Source: Hormiphora californensis (Eukaryota > Animalia > Ctenophora). Taken from it: DNA of 64,000 bases. The notes under the pieces are model-generated. The model saw only the letters and a program-made list of their open reading frames with translations. It made no database searches and was not told the DNA's origin. This document shows positions 46,587 through 62,340 of this stretch, piece after piece. The stretch lies in the NCBI GenBank assembly GCA_020137815.1, contig CM035356.1, positions 930,001 to 994,000 on the forward strand. Reading direction: 5' to 3'. The position numbers and the translations under genes were made by a program. Positions within the stretch are counted from its first letter, which is position 1; the number at the start of each line of letters is the position of its first letter.

Positions 46587-49500
46587 ACCCCAACTAATCA
46601 ACAATGCTCCCTGCTAACCCAACCTTGACACTTCTAGATCAACTCTGGACCCGCTCTTGAACACCCCTATGATAGTTAATCAAATGTTTAGTAACAAAAA
46701 TATCTTCAGATTCCGTCCGGAAACAAATTACTGGGTAAGAAACTACTATTACTGGGCCAAACGTACTATGAGCTAAACACCTGAGTAGGGGGGGGGGGAA
46801 AAAAAACTCCGTTCACAGATGCTTCTCAGAAGATTTATATGGATTCACAGACCCTAGTAAGTGGTTCTAGTGCTAGAACTGGGGTGGGCGGACTATAGTG
46901 CTAAAGGACTCTATTCTAAACCCAAGGAGGACTCTTAATTCTAACCCTTAACCTTACCATAACCCTAACCTCGAGCCCAAAATAACGGCCCTAACACTTC
47001 TCACTGAGTATAGAGTACAGCGAAACTCTCGTTTCCGCCTAACGGCCGAAATCTTTCGAGTTCGCTTTTTTTCCGTGATTTTGCACTAGGTCCGCACACC
47101 AGAAAAATGGGATATATGGATCAAACCTCTGGACCCCTACTAAGAACATGTGGACATCTTCACCCACCTCTGAGTCCTTTTAACCTCAGGCAGCGCTCCT
47201 TACTAACGCCCGTGAAACCTCTCTATATATCTAACCTCTCGACGTTATAACCCACCTTTTGGAAGCCTCCTTCTAACCCAAACTCTGAACCCTCCTAAAT
47301 CAACTCTTAATCCCTTTTAAACCACCTCTCGACCACCTACTAATTACACCCCACTCCTCGAACCATTCCAACCCACCTTCAACCCCTTCAACAAATCTCT
47401 AAGCCTACACTAATAACCCACCTCCGGACCCCTTCTACGTACCTATCAGACCACTTAAAACCACCCTTTGAAACACTTTTAAACCCCACTCTAGTACCAT
47501 TCGGACCCACCTCTCGACACCCTAGTAACTACACTTCTGGGCCCATTTACACCCCTTTTGGCCCCTTCTATACCACCTCCCGACCTCACTACCATCCCTC
47601 GACCCTTTCTAACCCACCTTCCGATAGGTGGGTTAAAGGGGTCGGACCTTCTAATCCACTCCCGCTACACATCTAACCCACCCCTCGACCCCTACTAAAC
47701 CCACGGCCCCCTTGGCCCTTCTAACCCACCCTACGACCCCTTCTAACTAACTTTCAATCCACCCTCTAGACCCCTTTTAATCCACCTCTCGACCCCCCCC
47801 ATCTTTTAATCCACCTTTCGACCCCTACCCCTTTTTACACACCCTCGACCCCTTTTAACGACTAACCCACTTCTCGACCCCCCCCCCCCCCCCCCCCCCC
47901 TTCTAAACTTTTACCCTCTGAGACCCCTTCAACTCACCCCTCGGGCCTCCTTCTACCCACCCCTAAACATTCTAACTCACCTATCAAACCCTTTGAACCC
48001 ACCCACGAGTCTCGGGTCTCCACCTCTTCAACCCACCCCTAGACCCTTCTAAGTAACCTCTCAAACCCAGTTTACCCACCTCTCCACCTCTACTAGTACT
48101 TACCTCTTCCCTCGGACCCTGTCTAACCCACCGCTCGACCCCTTCTAACTATCTTTCAACCCCTTTTAGCCACTTCTCGACCCCTACGAAGAGTTACCCT
48201 TTCCTCGACCCCTTCTAACCCACCCTCTCGACCCGTGTAACTCACCGTGGACCATTAGCCTTAAAGTTTTAACCCCACCATCGTACCCCTTCTAACAACC
48301 TCTCGATCTCGACCCCTTTAACCTACCTCTCGATCCCTTCCTCGGACCCCTTCTAAGTTATTACTCACCCCTCGACATACTTATAACCAAATCTCAACCC
48401 CTTCTAACCCATCTCTATAACCCTTCAACCAAATCTCTCGTATCCCAATTCTATCCCATCTCTGGACATCTTTTAACCCACATCTCGACACCCTACCAAA
48501 ACAACAAATCTCTGTGACCCCCTTTCACCTACTGCACCATTTATCATAACCTGTATCCCATCTAGATTTCTAACCTAGATATTATCTCTCTATCTCTCTA
48601 TCTAGAGATCTAATCTTTGCACCATAGATGCTATCTCTCCACGCTAAATGCACATGCGCTATAAGACCAACATCCGCCATCTCCAAACAGTCATGTTAGT
48701 CCCCACCTAATTTGAAAACACCAGACAGGGGGGGACCCCAGCTCGAAGGGAGGCCCAACGATTACCTCTCCATCTCAATACCTCATGGAGTCAGGTACCA
48801 TATTTCTATCCCTCCCCCTTACCAAAAGACGAGTTGGACACCGTGCCCAACAATTAGCCACATCACCTCACTCTCACTTACGCAAACACTATGTCTCATA
48901 GTACGGCCATCTCTGACCACCCATACCCGTTGGGTCCCCCACGCTGCCTAGATTCCTAGAAATTTGCTAGATGCCCCTTGAAACCCCCCTTAAATACACC
49001 AAGACATCCATAAGAACCCCTCGGACTCACAAAAAATACCCCTCAGAGCATTATTCAAGAACGCGGACACTACTCACACCAGGTCATATTACAAGCGGAC
49101 ACACACAACATAGTACTAAAAATCTCGTCTTTCTCAGGTATTATTGACCACGTTAGACCTTCCACGACCTTCCCACGAAAACTTAAATTGCCACGGTTGT
49201 GTGATGAACTACCAAAAATTGGACAACTGAAACTCGCCATTTTCAAGCGTTTACGAGGTTGTCTTGTAGACCCTCCTTCCCGAACAAAACCAAGTATACA
49301 GTGTGGAGCGGCCCAAAAATTCACGTGGGAAGATCACGTGAACAACGTTTAATTATGTGCACGATCTCTTTCTCTATCTCTCAAATATGTTGTAACGGTT
49401 TTCAATTCAGGTCGTGATACTAGTAAGGCAGACAGAGGTAACTCTTTCATATGGTTCCACAATAAACGGAGGAGGAAAATGTGTTTTTCATCATCACGGA

Positions 49501-52500
49501 CTGTTGAAGTCGGTTAAGGCACCCACGGAGCTAACGCCTTAATCTCCATGCTGTGCATCAAGCTAAACATTGGTCCTTAAGATGGCACTACCCTCTGCGA
49601 TGACTGTAAAACTGAGGATTTCAGTGCAGTGGAGACATTGAGTTGTCAAATTACTATCATGGAGCCCCATGAACAAGTTTAATGGTAAGAGTGAACTCTT
49701 TGATATTCGTTAATTTCCCAATTAAATAGTTCCCCTCAAGGTGCTGATGTGTCTACGAGAGAAGGGCTTGAGGAGGGACGAGTATTTTAATTTTAATGTG
49801 GTGGACCCAGTAAAGGGAAGATCTAATATTATAAATAGTGTCACAATACATTGTGTAAACGGTAAACTGTATTTTTTTGTCACTGATTTTTCCAGTTTAG
49901 TTTCTCACCTTGAAAATTGTTGTTTTGTTGAACAAGGCAAGAAAGTTGCTTCATGATGTCTTTAAAAAACAACCCCAAACCCCAAAACGATTAGGCATCA
50001 CTTTTCCAGCAAGCGCCTCATGTCCAATTGCCACAGGTTGTATATATTTACGTCGCAGCCGTTTGTTAAACCTCTTATCGAAAGTCCAAGTTAGTCAGCA
50101 TTTGATAACGCGCGTACGACCCCCTAGGACCTTAGGGACGTAGACCATAGGGCCAATGGTGGTATATTTTCGCTCTCCTTTTGTGAATTTTTTTTCGCTC
50201 CCCACCGCAGAACCTGAATGGCGCAATCCAACGGGTGGGTTTAGCGTGTGACTGTGTTTAGAAACCCCAGGCAACAGGGAGGCTTTTCAGAGGGAATTCT
50301 AACTCCGCCGCAACGATTTATCTTTCTGATCTTGTCGAGGACGTCTACTAGGTCTCTTAATTTTGCTCATTTTTGGGTGCGTGAGCAAATCAGAGCCTCA
50401 GGCCCGATTTCGAAACTCTCAAGCTTATTCCCATGTTGCTCAGTCTGCCAATAAAGCCTTGGGATGCGCAACATTGCGTTGTTCACGTGATCAGCTGACC
50501 AGGGCATCAACACTCAGTGGGATTGCTGAGAGACGCTCAATCAGTAAAACAGTAAGGAGATAGTGAGACAATATTGGTTGCTTAGATATCAGTGTGGCTC
50601 TGTGTGTAGATTTAAACTCAACGTGTGCACTGTAGGTTCTTGTATGTATGATGGGACGAATCACGAAAAGACAGATTGTTAAAAATGGAAAACAAGAAAA
50701 AATTCGCGGACAAAAGGTAGTAATCAAAAAAAAACACTACAATCACTGACGACGGACTTGCATACATATCATCGAAACGACTACGTCACAACTTTTTAGA
50801 AGAGGCGGCATGCGTGTACTGGCATAATAAAGGTCACTTCTAACATTTTCTCTCTTCTCTCGCGAGTCTCGAGAGTAGATCAGCTCGCTCGCGTATGCGA
50901 TGTAGAGATGCACGAGATCGAGTCACGATGAGAGAGAGAGAGAGAGATATCTCAGTATAGTCTATCGTCTTGGTCTCTATCTCTAATAATTATCTCTCCC
51001 GTCTCCTGTGTCTCCCTCTGAAGCCAAACAATCCACACTACAGGGCAGTTGTTGCTTTTCCCTCTTCCAACAAGTTTGACAGCATTCATATATATTTGAT
51101 ATTTGATTGATCTCAAATTTGGATTTAATCCTGAACAACATGTCCACTGGAAGGGTCAGCAAAACAAAGGTACCAGTGTAGCCGGGTCAGCAAAACGAAA
51201 GGTTACAGTTTAGCAGCACGTACCCATCCAGGAAAGGAAAATGGTCTAGAAAAGGAACCCGATTGTGAATATGATCCGACTATAAACAATACCAGTGTCG
51301 TAAGTACAATACAACACCTTCTTCTCGAGCGGGTTATTGGCATTGTAAACGGTTTATCTCCTGTTACCTGAAATATGTAGAACTTGTTGTTCAACGGCTA
51401 ATATCAAAAACTGCTACTGTCAGGGTACACCGACCGAAATTACAGCAGTGGAGATGCTGCACTCGAAAAAAAATTCGGTCGGTGTTGTGTGTTTTGTTGT
51501 TGTATGCTAATGTATTTTGAGCGTCCATAAACGCTTGTAAATTATGACGTCGTAATATGACGGTCACAGTGACTAATGCAAATAGGTCACCTACCCTTTA
51601 ATGGTTGTTATCGAGATTCTGTGCGGGAAAGTGTTTTGTACGCAACCTCATTAGGTCTCCACAATGCCCAGAGAGTCACGGTTCCTAAGTAAGACAATAC
51701 TTGGGTGAATTCGTGCGTTGTATCAGTAGGAGTTATCGCTGATTAGTTTCTAAAAACATCACAACGTAACAATTAGGGACGCAGAAAAGGGGAAGAGGTG
51801 AGGGGCGGGAACTATTCTTCATACACTACTCCTCGATTGAGTTAAAACTCTTGCCAATTTCGGCGTATAAGACTCATCCACACTTACGGTATTCACCCTA
51901 CCCGTAGTCCATCTCCTCAGGGACACTTTCTAGGTAAATTAAACAGTTCATGAAAAATTCAATGCCCACGGATAGTATATCATGATGGGTACTGAGTGAT
52001 ATATCGAGCGAAGGAGAGAACCTTGCAGTTGGAAGACAAACGGGCTCTGTTGTGGGTGTCTCGCCCGTGTTGGCAGCACGCGTGCCTCTTACCTTCGGTC
52101 TGGTATGTGCTATCTGCCCGCATCCCTTGTCGTGCGATGACTCTCAGCGGAACTTGTCGTGGTTGCTGTGCCATTTGATCCCAGTGGACCGTGTCGATCC
52201 TGGTTGGTTAGTTCGGGGGTAGTGGAGAACGATGGTCTTGGACTCCGGAGACGAGAGGTACAAGGTGCTCTTCAGAGAACGTTTTCCCTACCTTCACTAA
52301 CTTTCTCTCATCCCTTGTAGATAATGAATTAGTATTGTCTTCTCCCACCAATTTTACAGAGCGATGTAGAGCTCCCGCAATAGATACATACCGCACCTCT
52401 AAGAGAAAAAACAGGCTTCGGCCTTTCTGTCTTAATTCCTTTTGTCCTCATTCTAGCAAGGGGGAAGTCCAATCTCGCACTGGTGGAGGCATACCGAGTC

Positions 52501-55500
52501 GCGCCGAGCGTTCTCCTCCCTTCTTCTTCAGGTGAATAATTAGAAAAAGCCTAATTTAATGAAAACATAAGATTAGTTAGACATGCCTCATACTTTAGGC
52601 TTTCTCTACAACCCCTTACCTCCTGTCGGGCTCCTTATTCCGTGCTTCCTATTGAGTATATTGTTCCCATCGCCACTCGGCTAAACGCCTGCTTGTTAGT
52701 GCTCTCCGTTACCGCTTTGCTCTTCTTTTCGGGGACTCACTCAGGCCTTGTTCGCTCCCTGGTGAATCCCCACGCTTTATGTTTTGACCCGTACATGACG
52801 AAATGCATAGGTGACGTGTTGGGCGGGAGGACCCTCAGCACTCGTGGCAACGCTCCCGCATCCCTATTCCTGGAGTCTTGCGCGCGATAATCCCAATCAT
52901 GGGGTACCCACTAGGATGGGTGGGTTTACCGAGTTCTGGACGGTCCGCTTTGCCTTCCAACTAGTTATGGCTTTCTATGTATCTTTCATCTAGAATATCT
53001 CCTTTTCGCGCTTAGCCGTCGTTACTATCTACACCGGTTTGAGCTTCACACCCTCTCGCCTCGCTGTGACGGTTTCTCCTCCCCGCCTCGCAAATTTCCG
53101 GCTTCTATAAATTTCGGTGTAACTGGCAAAGCCAGACCGCGCCCCGCCTAGCGTGCTAGCACGGGAAATTATACCTGCTAGGTATCACGTCATGCCCATC
53201 TCTAAAGGTTGACTACCCTCAACTCACCAGGACGAGAAGAGTCGGTGTGTTGAGAGAAAGGGAAATTATTGAGGTGGTGAGAGCGAGAGACTTGAGGAAG
53301 ATCGATTGCGGGTAGTAAAACCATGAGAGCGAAGCTAAAGATGGAGAAGCAGGAAATAGAAAATGATGGACTTTGTAATTATAAATTTTGATTAGGAAGG
53401 AGTATGGTTGTTTTTTATATACACTCTATCTCTCTCTATCTTTACTCTCTCTCTCTCTTTTTCTCTCTCTCCCGCTCTCTCTCTCACTCGCGCTTTATAA
53501 GTGCAAGGCGTACGTTGCAAAACCGTTTTCAACTCACCTAGAAGGAACGATAAAGTATTCGGAGGGGAGCGACAATTAGTTATTTTATAATCAAAAAAAA
53601 AATATACTATGATAAGGAAGAGTGTGGTTGGGGGACAAAGTGGAGTGGACGAGTAAAAAAGAAACACAGATCACGGAAGGCCAGGCTATGATAATATAAG
53701 AGGGAACATGTGTTGCGCAACGGTCTCATTAAATTATCGAGTAAATAACTGGGGAGGCAGCCTGACTAGTATTTCTCAGAATTAAGATGGAAGGATGAAA
53801 AGTTCTATTAATTTCAATGTGTGATATTTTAGAGATCCAGATGAAGCCATCACATTACCCCACTGCCATGTGCGACTTAATGGTACGAATATTACTAGCA
53901 CATTTCTCCCCCAGTAACAGAGAGTCAGCCAAATAAGGGTAGGCAATACACACCTCTCTCAAACCCGTCCTTCCTCAGACCATCCCTCATCCGCCCCTAC
54001 CTCTTCATTTTTTCTAAGGGGGGGACACCTCAAGAACCTCCCATGCGTTTTCGCAACGAGCAACAAACGCCCCAGAAGAGATGGCCCGCAGAAACATCAC
54101 CACTCCCGAGCACTACTGCATCCATCCTGATCCACTCTCTCATTATCATATGACATCACCATCCTTATCACTATATTTCCCTAAGACCAGGCGATTATAA
54201 TGGATTGATGAGGAAGGTGTTCCCGCTCAGTAGGAAAAGATGCTGATACAGAGGGAGCCCCCAGGCCAGCAGTTAATCTACTGCCGCAGTTAATGTTTCA
54301 AATTCCTTAACGGCAGGTAGGGAGGAGAATTAACATATTTACGTTCTAACCCTCCTTTACACAACGAAAAAAAAAATAAAACTGCCCTATCGACCATTAC
54401 CCCCCCCCCCCCCTGGACGTACATCCTCATACAAGTGGAAAGGGGACTTCCAATCCTATCCTCAGGTACACGGTAGAAGACGAGTTAGCTTTCAAGCTGG
54501 CAGTCCCATCCAATGAAAAGGAAGGTAAAAAATGAGTCAAAACTCCCTCATGGACCCTTCGTAAGTCAAAACAGTATGGTAGTTACATAGTGTTACTAGT
54601 TTACAACTTACATACTGGCGAAACACCATGCATCCACCTCCACTCTTAGAAGTAAGAGATATAGAAAATCTTTTATTCTTTTATCTAGCTTACATAAAAA
54701 AATAATAGTCAGAACAACGTACCGCACGATAAAATAAGATATAAATAGAGCAATCCAGATAATTGAAATGGGGAAGTGTATCCGTATATATGAGATTTCC
54801 TATAAAAAGGAACAAAAAACAGGTTCTTCCCACTCATGGACAAGAAGATCCGGGAAGGTACTACAACGATTTGAGCAATCACCAACCAGGGAAAGAGAGC
54901 ACCAGGGAGGGTCACACGGTGGGGACACAGTAGAAGGGGGAGAGGGAGAGATATCGGGGGGAGGGAGGGGGAAGAAGGGAAGGGACGAAACGAAGAAGAA
55001 GGAAAGGTAAGCAAGAACGGGTGTAGTAAGGGGGCAGAGATAAGCGCGGGGGTCCGTTCATGAGTGCCCCGCGTGTGTCCGACTCAATAAAGCGGTACGG
55101 GCTGGTCACTTCTTCCTCACATACCGTCCGGCGTCTTTATATCTAAATTATCATCATCGTTTGAGAGCCTTTCTGACACCCACTCAGTGGTGGCAAAGAA
55201 TTGAATCTCAATGGTTCAACTGGGCGAGTAAAAATAACACAAAAATGCAACACCCGGATAGGTAAAAGTATACGCGTTTTCTTTCTTACACAAAAAAGCG
55301 GAAAAGCTATGTGAATTCCAAGAAAAAAAAAGCTTTACGGGCACAGCAAAATGAAAAAGGAAGACAAATCGGTGTCAGCTGGTGGAACCGGTGGGAAACA
55401 GCTTGAATAGACTGTGTGCACTATTGGGTCTCGGCGGGAGAAAAAAGTTAAAGCTTATTCGATCCCTGTTGTGTCTACTTCTTCCTAGACTCCCTATCAC

Positions 55501-58500
55501 CTTTTTTTTAGGTACTTCTCTCTCTCCTCTTTGGTTTTATCATTCTTCCCTTACCTTCCTGCCTGTTTGTCAAGAGGTAAGGGTAGGCATATGAACAACC
55601 TTCCACACACATCTTTATTTTGGAAAATAAGTTCACTAATGTAAGTACGGGGTGAAAAACATGTTCTGAGCAGTTCAAATACTCTGGGTTGACTATTCTG
55701 TTCCCCCCGAGAACTTGAAATTTAAGTTTCACGCAACGTCCCAGAAAGTTTTGAGTTGGGAGGGAGAGAAAGAGAATCTGCATATTATGTTAACTAAACT
55801 GTATCCTATTGTCTTACTCCGCTTCAGATGGCGTATGTTTGTCTTCACCATTACGGATACTGGATGAGTGTGTTAAATGTAGATGTAGCTGTTGTTTGTT
55901 GTGTAGGAGGCTGTGTAGGCGTGATTGTGTAGGGGGCGTTTGTGTTACAGAATCAGTACGGGCATGGGGTACAATGTACAGCTCATCGTGAACTTCCTTA
56001 TGGGGGAGACCGAAAGGGTGAGAAACAGGGAGGTCTGACTTTACCTTCGTACTAGTGCTTCATTCCTTTCTTCTTCCTTCTTCATCTTACGTCGTCTACA
56101 TCCCTCCCTGGCCTCTCGTGGTTTACTTGTCGTATCAGCTTGCTCCACTCCTCCCTTGTCTTTACGACCCGCCTCTCCCCTGCCGTCCGTTACTTCTCCT
56201 CATATTTTTCTCCCTTCCTGTCCCCTTCGCTCCTCTCTTTCTTCTGCTGCTTTTCGGTCATCCCCCCTCCTTCTCTTTATTCCATTCTATTTATCTCCCG
56301 TACAGTTCAAATAGATCGATTATCCACGATTACTTTCGTATTTCTTTATTATTCATCATCTAATCCTCTAAATTTTCAGCTCTCTTCGGCACCTTCTCTT
56401 TCTCCCCCCCCGATATACACTTGTTTTTCTCCCGGTCGCCACTTTTCCCCCCACCTGACCAGTACCCGGTATCTCTTTCTTACCCGTTTCTCCCGTAATT
56501 CCCGTCGAGGCGCCCTCTGTGTCTTTCTTCCTTCGTTTGCTCATTTTTTCGACTTACTATCTCTCCTAGCCCTTCCCTTTCATTTATGCTACCCATCCCA
56601 GCACTCTTAATAATGTACGTTTTGTCTTTTCTCATTCCCCCTCTTACTATCCTCACCCTTTGGGTCCATGTGCTCCTCTAGCCTTTACTTCCCAGGGCTT
56701 TCCTTTAGGTTGCTTTAGCTTAATCCTTACCAATATTTCGTACACTCCCACCTCAACTTTTCAGGCGTTTGCTTTCTTACTCTTACCTGCCTTCTTTGTA
56801 TGGCGTTCCTATCTACAGCTTTGCCCCCCTAGCCGCCTGCTCCCGAATTCCTTCCATCCCCCTATCGCTTCTCCCACTGTCCTTTTATCTTTGCGGTCTC
56901 CTACGCCGCTTGTTTTTCTCTCCTGTGCCATCCCCTGTATAGCCTTTCTCCGTACGCTCTTACCCTATATGTCCGTGACTAGACTTTACATCCCTGGTCC
57001 ATTCCCTCCGATCTTGTCCTCACGATTGCTTCGGCGCCTGCCTATGCCGTGTTCTTTTACACGAGGCATGGTAGTGACCTGCCTATCTCACCCTTTGTGA
57101 ACTCGCGAACTTTACTACCTTTCTCTCTTTGAACTTTCCGTGTTCGTGGTCTTCCAGACCACTCCCATTACACCCAGTTCGTTCAGTGTCGACGAGGTTT
57201 TCAAGACACCCCTTAAGTAGACGTCTGGTACCCCTGGGAGAAGGATTGTTACCACCTCGACGTGACTCTCCCCACCTTCGTATCATTCTGACCACGTTTG
57301 TATCTTCCTGTAACCGCGTTTATGTATACGTAAATCCCATGCCCCGCTTAGTTTCTCATTACATCCGTTCCTTACTGGTTTTGCCTTATTATGCTTTCCG
57401 TTGCTGCGGCCATGGCTTTTCAGGCTCACTTCTCGTGCGCCAGCGGCTATATTAAAAGTTCTGTAGTTTAGGTACTGGAGATTGAGGAGAGTATCAGTAG
57501 GCCGTATCGCTGAAGGTATCGCAAATAGATGCGCTGAGTATGGAAGAGGTCAACGAGGACGTTGAGAGACTGGTATAGAGAGGAGAGAGCCTTTTGTTGT
57601 TTTCGTTTCCGTTAACGATGGTAACCGTTGATTTACCATGTCGCCTAGAACGCGTAGCCCGGCAAATGCAGATTCAGTCCGCTACTCTCCCACCTAAGAG
57701 CGTACTGAGCCAGTACGTAACGTGTACCTAGACGGCTGTCTATAGTCAGGCCGTATGCCCTTTCCTACTTTATCTGAATCATCACGGATCCCTCCCATCT
57801 ATCTTTTTTACATTTGCAGATACTCTTTCTTTGACCTTATTACGGCACCTTCAATTCAGTACCGCTTTTCTGTACTCCGGCGACATGGTAATTCTCCGGA
57901 GACTTCTCATGCGTATCGTTCTTCTCTTGAGTTCACCCATTTCTACTTGATAGAATATATGCATGTCTATATCATGCATTCTTACGTCTATCATCTCCTT
58001 CTCTGTTATACTCTCTCATCTCTCTCTGCCCCCTCCGACCTCTCTTCCATTAATGGGTAGGAGAAAGGTACATGTAGTAAAGGAGGACTGAGAGGTACAC
58101 GTGAAGATTCAATGGACCGGGGCTCCCCACCTTCCCAAAGATCATCCCAGACCCCACCTTCCATCAACTTCCAAACCCCCCCCCCCCCACCCCCCCCCCC
58201 CCCCCCCCCCCCCCACCGTTGACCTCTCCGAACAGTTGTCATACTTTATGACTCGAACGTCGTGCACGCTGCCCCGTTCAAGCTTTGTAAGTCAGTAAAG
58301 TTCGACGAAGGCAGTCTTTTGTGAAGCAAACGAAATGAGCGCACGCTTCGACACCTTTAGTATTACCGAATTCCGAAGTGCAGCGTGCTTTTCTTCCCAG
58401 TAGAAGCCCGCAAAACCTTGCATGTAGAGGTATGTCCAGGAATCAGGAGCTACTGACTCTAGAGAGAAGAGAAGGAGAAAGACTAGAGGAACTAGAAAGG

Positions 58501-61339
58501 AGAGAGAGAATTATAGAAAGAGAGTGAGAGAGAGAAATAGAGAAAGAGAAAGATATAAAGAAGAGGAGGGGAGAGAGAGGATGAGAGAAGGATGTGTTTC
58601 TCATTACAAATGGTACAAGCTTCACAGCACTCAGAATATGAAGTGGAGGTTTCGGGGGGGGACGAGGGACGTTCATAATGTGTATAAATTTCTTAGTGCG
58701 GAGAGAGTGTGAATCTAGGGTATGTTTTTGTAGGTTTAATTTTAGTCTGTACGTCATAGTATGTCACAGCTGCTATTGAGCAACTCATTGAAAATTCATG
58801 GACAGTAACAAAGACACCTTTGCTGATACAAACTTATTGCGTGTTGTGAGTTCAACACTTCACTGAGAGTTCTTTACAAAAGAGCAATGGTGTTTTCAAA
58901 AGAGGGAAAGAGAGAGATTGTGGGAGGAATAGAGAGAGGGTGTGGGGAAAGTGTTCAAAGCAGTTGCGGTGGGGGAAGAAAAAACAATCGATATTTATAT
59001 TAACCTTCCATATATCAAATAACACTTTCTTTAATTAGCCATAATTAATACATTTCTACTAGAAACGATCCAGATAAGGCTAGCAAGATGTCTCATCCCC
59101 CGAGGTTTCATTCCCTACCACTTTTTAAGCATAGCACATTCATCAAAAAGTTCAAGTTCAGATATTGTTCAAGTTCCCATTCCCTCAAAGTTTCAAATTT
59201 TCACCTTTTACGAGAACATCCAGATTACTTCAAGTGCTGCACACACACAGCCCAATTTACCCACACTTAAATATTGTAGTGGGGGAGGGCAATTGTAGCG
59301 GGAGAAATCACGTCTTGTACTTGTAGTCTGTACTATGTTATACACAGAAGAATTGCTTTGTCCTCACCACTTTATCATCATCTTTAGCCGACCACTTCTC
59401 TCTCTATCTTTCTCCCTTTTATTTCTTATTTATTTTCTTCTCCTTTTTCTCCTGATACGGCATGTATTGAAAGTACGCACCAGTTTTCTGCCCCCACACA
59501 ACCGTTCTTCTATGTAACTGCTGTTAGTTTAATTTAGAGGCCAGTAAAGGAGGGCAGGCAAGATAGATGTATCTTACATAGAGAAAGACCTTAGATCCCT
59601 GTTATACCCAGTACACTAATTGAGTTGTTCCATTTCAGACTCATGACGACTGTTGAAAAAAAAGTAAGAATGTTAAGAGGCACCCTTGCCATGAAGGTAT
59701 TGTTATTACACACTCTCGAAACCGTATCTGTAGCGATCTGAGTGAAATCTCTTAGAAAATCATAATCGTTTCGAGAAATGAAGTCTCGTGAGTTAAAACC
59801 GCCCAAGGTTATAATTTGCTGCCATATGGAGTGTTTAAATACTGTAGCCTTTTGCTGAACATGAGAATAAATTCTAAACTTCCCTCACAAAGCAAAACTA
59901 CTCTCCTCGCGAACTTTATTACCCCTTCCTTGTGTGATGACATGGCATGTTATTGTCTCTTCGGTATAAGTCAACTCCTTCCTCCACCAGGACCAGACAG
60001 GAACGATGAAGGGACGCGTTCATAATACACTTAAAGATATTGGAGCTGTCAAGAAACAATCAAAAACTGCTGTCCTATCTGCTTAAACAGGGGAATGCAC
60101 TACGGCCCTTCTGGACTGTCTCAGTATCAGAGGTCCATCAGTGACAGATTCCCTCCCAGACCCAATAGACCAGGTCAGGTCCCTCTCAGGCCCTCTCGAC
60201 GTGGGTACCCTCTCTTCTATAATTTTAACTTTACTAACTCAATCTGAATACTCCTAGTTTTTCCACCCTTCCTTCTATACGGCATGTATGATGAAACGCT
60301 ATGTACAGTCGACTAAAGGATGAGAATCACCTGCACAAGCGACAAGAACACGACATCAAGACTTACACACAAAAACAGTTACAAGCCTGATAATGATGGG
60401 GCCTTGAGGACGAATATGGACTTCTCTAATCCAACCCTTAAATAGGTTAGTTTGAATGAAATATCTGAATCTGAAAAATTCATGGACTGCTGCTTCTGAA
60501 TTTGTTAGTCATTTCGGCAAGTCGAGTCACGCTGTGTCTCAAGTTTTCGCGACGCGCTCGACACACGCAACTTGGGACAGGAGTGTTAGCACTTCGGTTT
60601 TGGTCTCGCGCACGCAAAATCACAGCACATCATGGTTTTTTAAAAAAAACAGTGTGAGCGCCCCTCAATCTGACCTCGCCGTTTAGGGACGGAGCCTGGG
60701 ACCCTGACACTGTCAAAAAACGTGGTCTTGACACACTCCATATTTCCAGGGACGAAAGATATAGCAGTGCGACAAAGCATATAAGCAAGAAAGAGGAATA
60801 GCCGAGATTGACATTCAGGAGGAGGGAAAAATGATGAAAAGAAGATTCGACAGGAGGGAAACAGGAAATACAATTTGACGTGTAATAAGACTGTGAACTA
60901 AGAAAATGTCAGTTCTTTTTTTATAGAGATACTGTAGATCGAAAATTTTACACAAGACTTTATCTCATGCAAAATTAGAAAATACGGGAGAATGGTGTTT
61001 TTTTAAAAGAGAGCTATGGAATAACGTAAGGCCATGTCTTGTTCCTTTATGCTACACTCAATGGCAGTGTGCCCTATTACAAAGTCTGGTTCAATATAAA
61101 GGTTGAGTAAGGGGTGGAGACCTCTCACCCCTTACTAAAAAAGTCCAAACCGTTATAGTCATCTGGCAGATACTCAAACAGAGAGGGCGAGAGAGGGTAA
61201 AATTAGCCTGTGATGAAACTGTGAATGTGATGTGTACAGGATTACGGAAAATTTGTTTGAAAAATAAAATTATTCGATGCTGTTTTATGGTGTAAAATAT
61301 GTACACTCCTTATTTTGAAATGTGGTATTTTGCTTTTAG
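44502..61339 (+). repeat. Indel-rich duplicate of ~31098-44440 with interspersed unalignable blocks; probable unpolished read or assembly artefact
   Basis: Same feature order (LINE 5' part, 14-mer array, satellite, TIR, TM gene, FRMD8 exons) with dense 1-nt indels. Random-looking blocks at ~51.7-53.4, 54.9-55.5 and 56.0-58.0 kb. Confidence 0.9.
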
Positions 61340-61884
61340 TTCTTATACCGGATACAACGAGAGTGTAGGTTACATCCACGGATAGAGGCAATTAAAAAAT
61401 TCACCCCGGCACTAACACTAAAGCTTTACTCGTCCGGGAAGAAGAATGAATCCTGAATTAACAATGATTACAGGGAATTAAATACAATAAACGTATCGGC
61501 AACTGAATTCGAGTAGCGCTAGTTTTTTAAGCAAACCCAGCCTCCCTCAAACCCCCGCCTCCCCCTTCCCGGCGCCAACACCCAGCCACATGAAAATGTT
61601 TCCCCAGCACATGTATCAGTGATCAGTTACACACCACGATATATTCACAGCGTGAACAGCTATGAAAAAACATAAATATCATTTTTACACAGGTATTCTA
61701 TCTATCTTCATTCATCTAGTCTTAAAGTTAAACATTTTTTGCGAGTACGGGGTACCAAGAAACTTTTACAATTAAAGGAGAGGTGGGAACACATCTCACA
61801 ATACATCAAAGAAAAGTCGTGGAAATGCAAGTATGCAAAGAAGCAACTTATGTGGTAGTTTTCCGCTATTATAGAGAGAGAAGA

Positions 61885-61915
<31 letters not shown>

Positions 61916-62340
61916 GAGCGAGGTAGTAGAGAGAGAGAGAGAGAGAGCTATAGAAGATGCGAGAGAGAGTCAGATCGCAGAATACGAGATCTATGGTCTC
62001 TCTCTCTATCTCTATCTCTCTCTCTCTTCTCTCCATCTCTCTCTCTCTCTCTATCTCTCTCTCTTCTTCTCTTCTATCTCGTCAGCTCGCTTATATCATT
62101 TCGCCTCTACTCTCTTCTCTCTCTCTCTCTCTCCATCATATTCATAACGTATTGTGCCTGAGGTAAATTTTTTGGTGGTTTGATTCAAGCATTAAGTACT
62201 GTTGACTAGGCAACCTCGTGATTAGTTGATAAGAACCAACTGGGTGACGAGGGGTATGTTAAAACCTAGCTTGAAGGGGATAATTTGATGTGTTGATAAG
62301 ATATGGGAATTCTCCCGAATTCTCTCAAAGCATGACCATT

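Noticed and set aside
51700-58000. Numerous 60-156 aa ORFs in unique-looking sequence
   Set aside because: They lie in random-like blocks of the noisy duplicate and show no motifs; probably base-calling junk.
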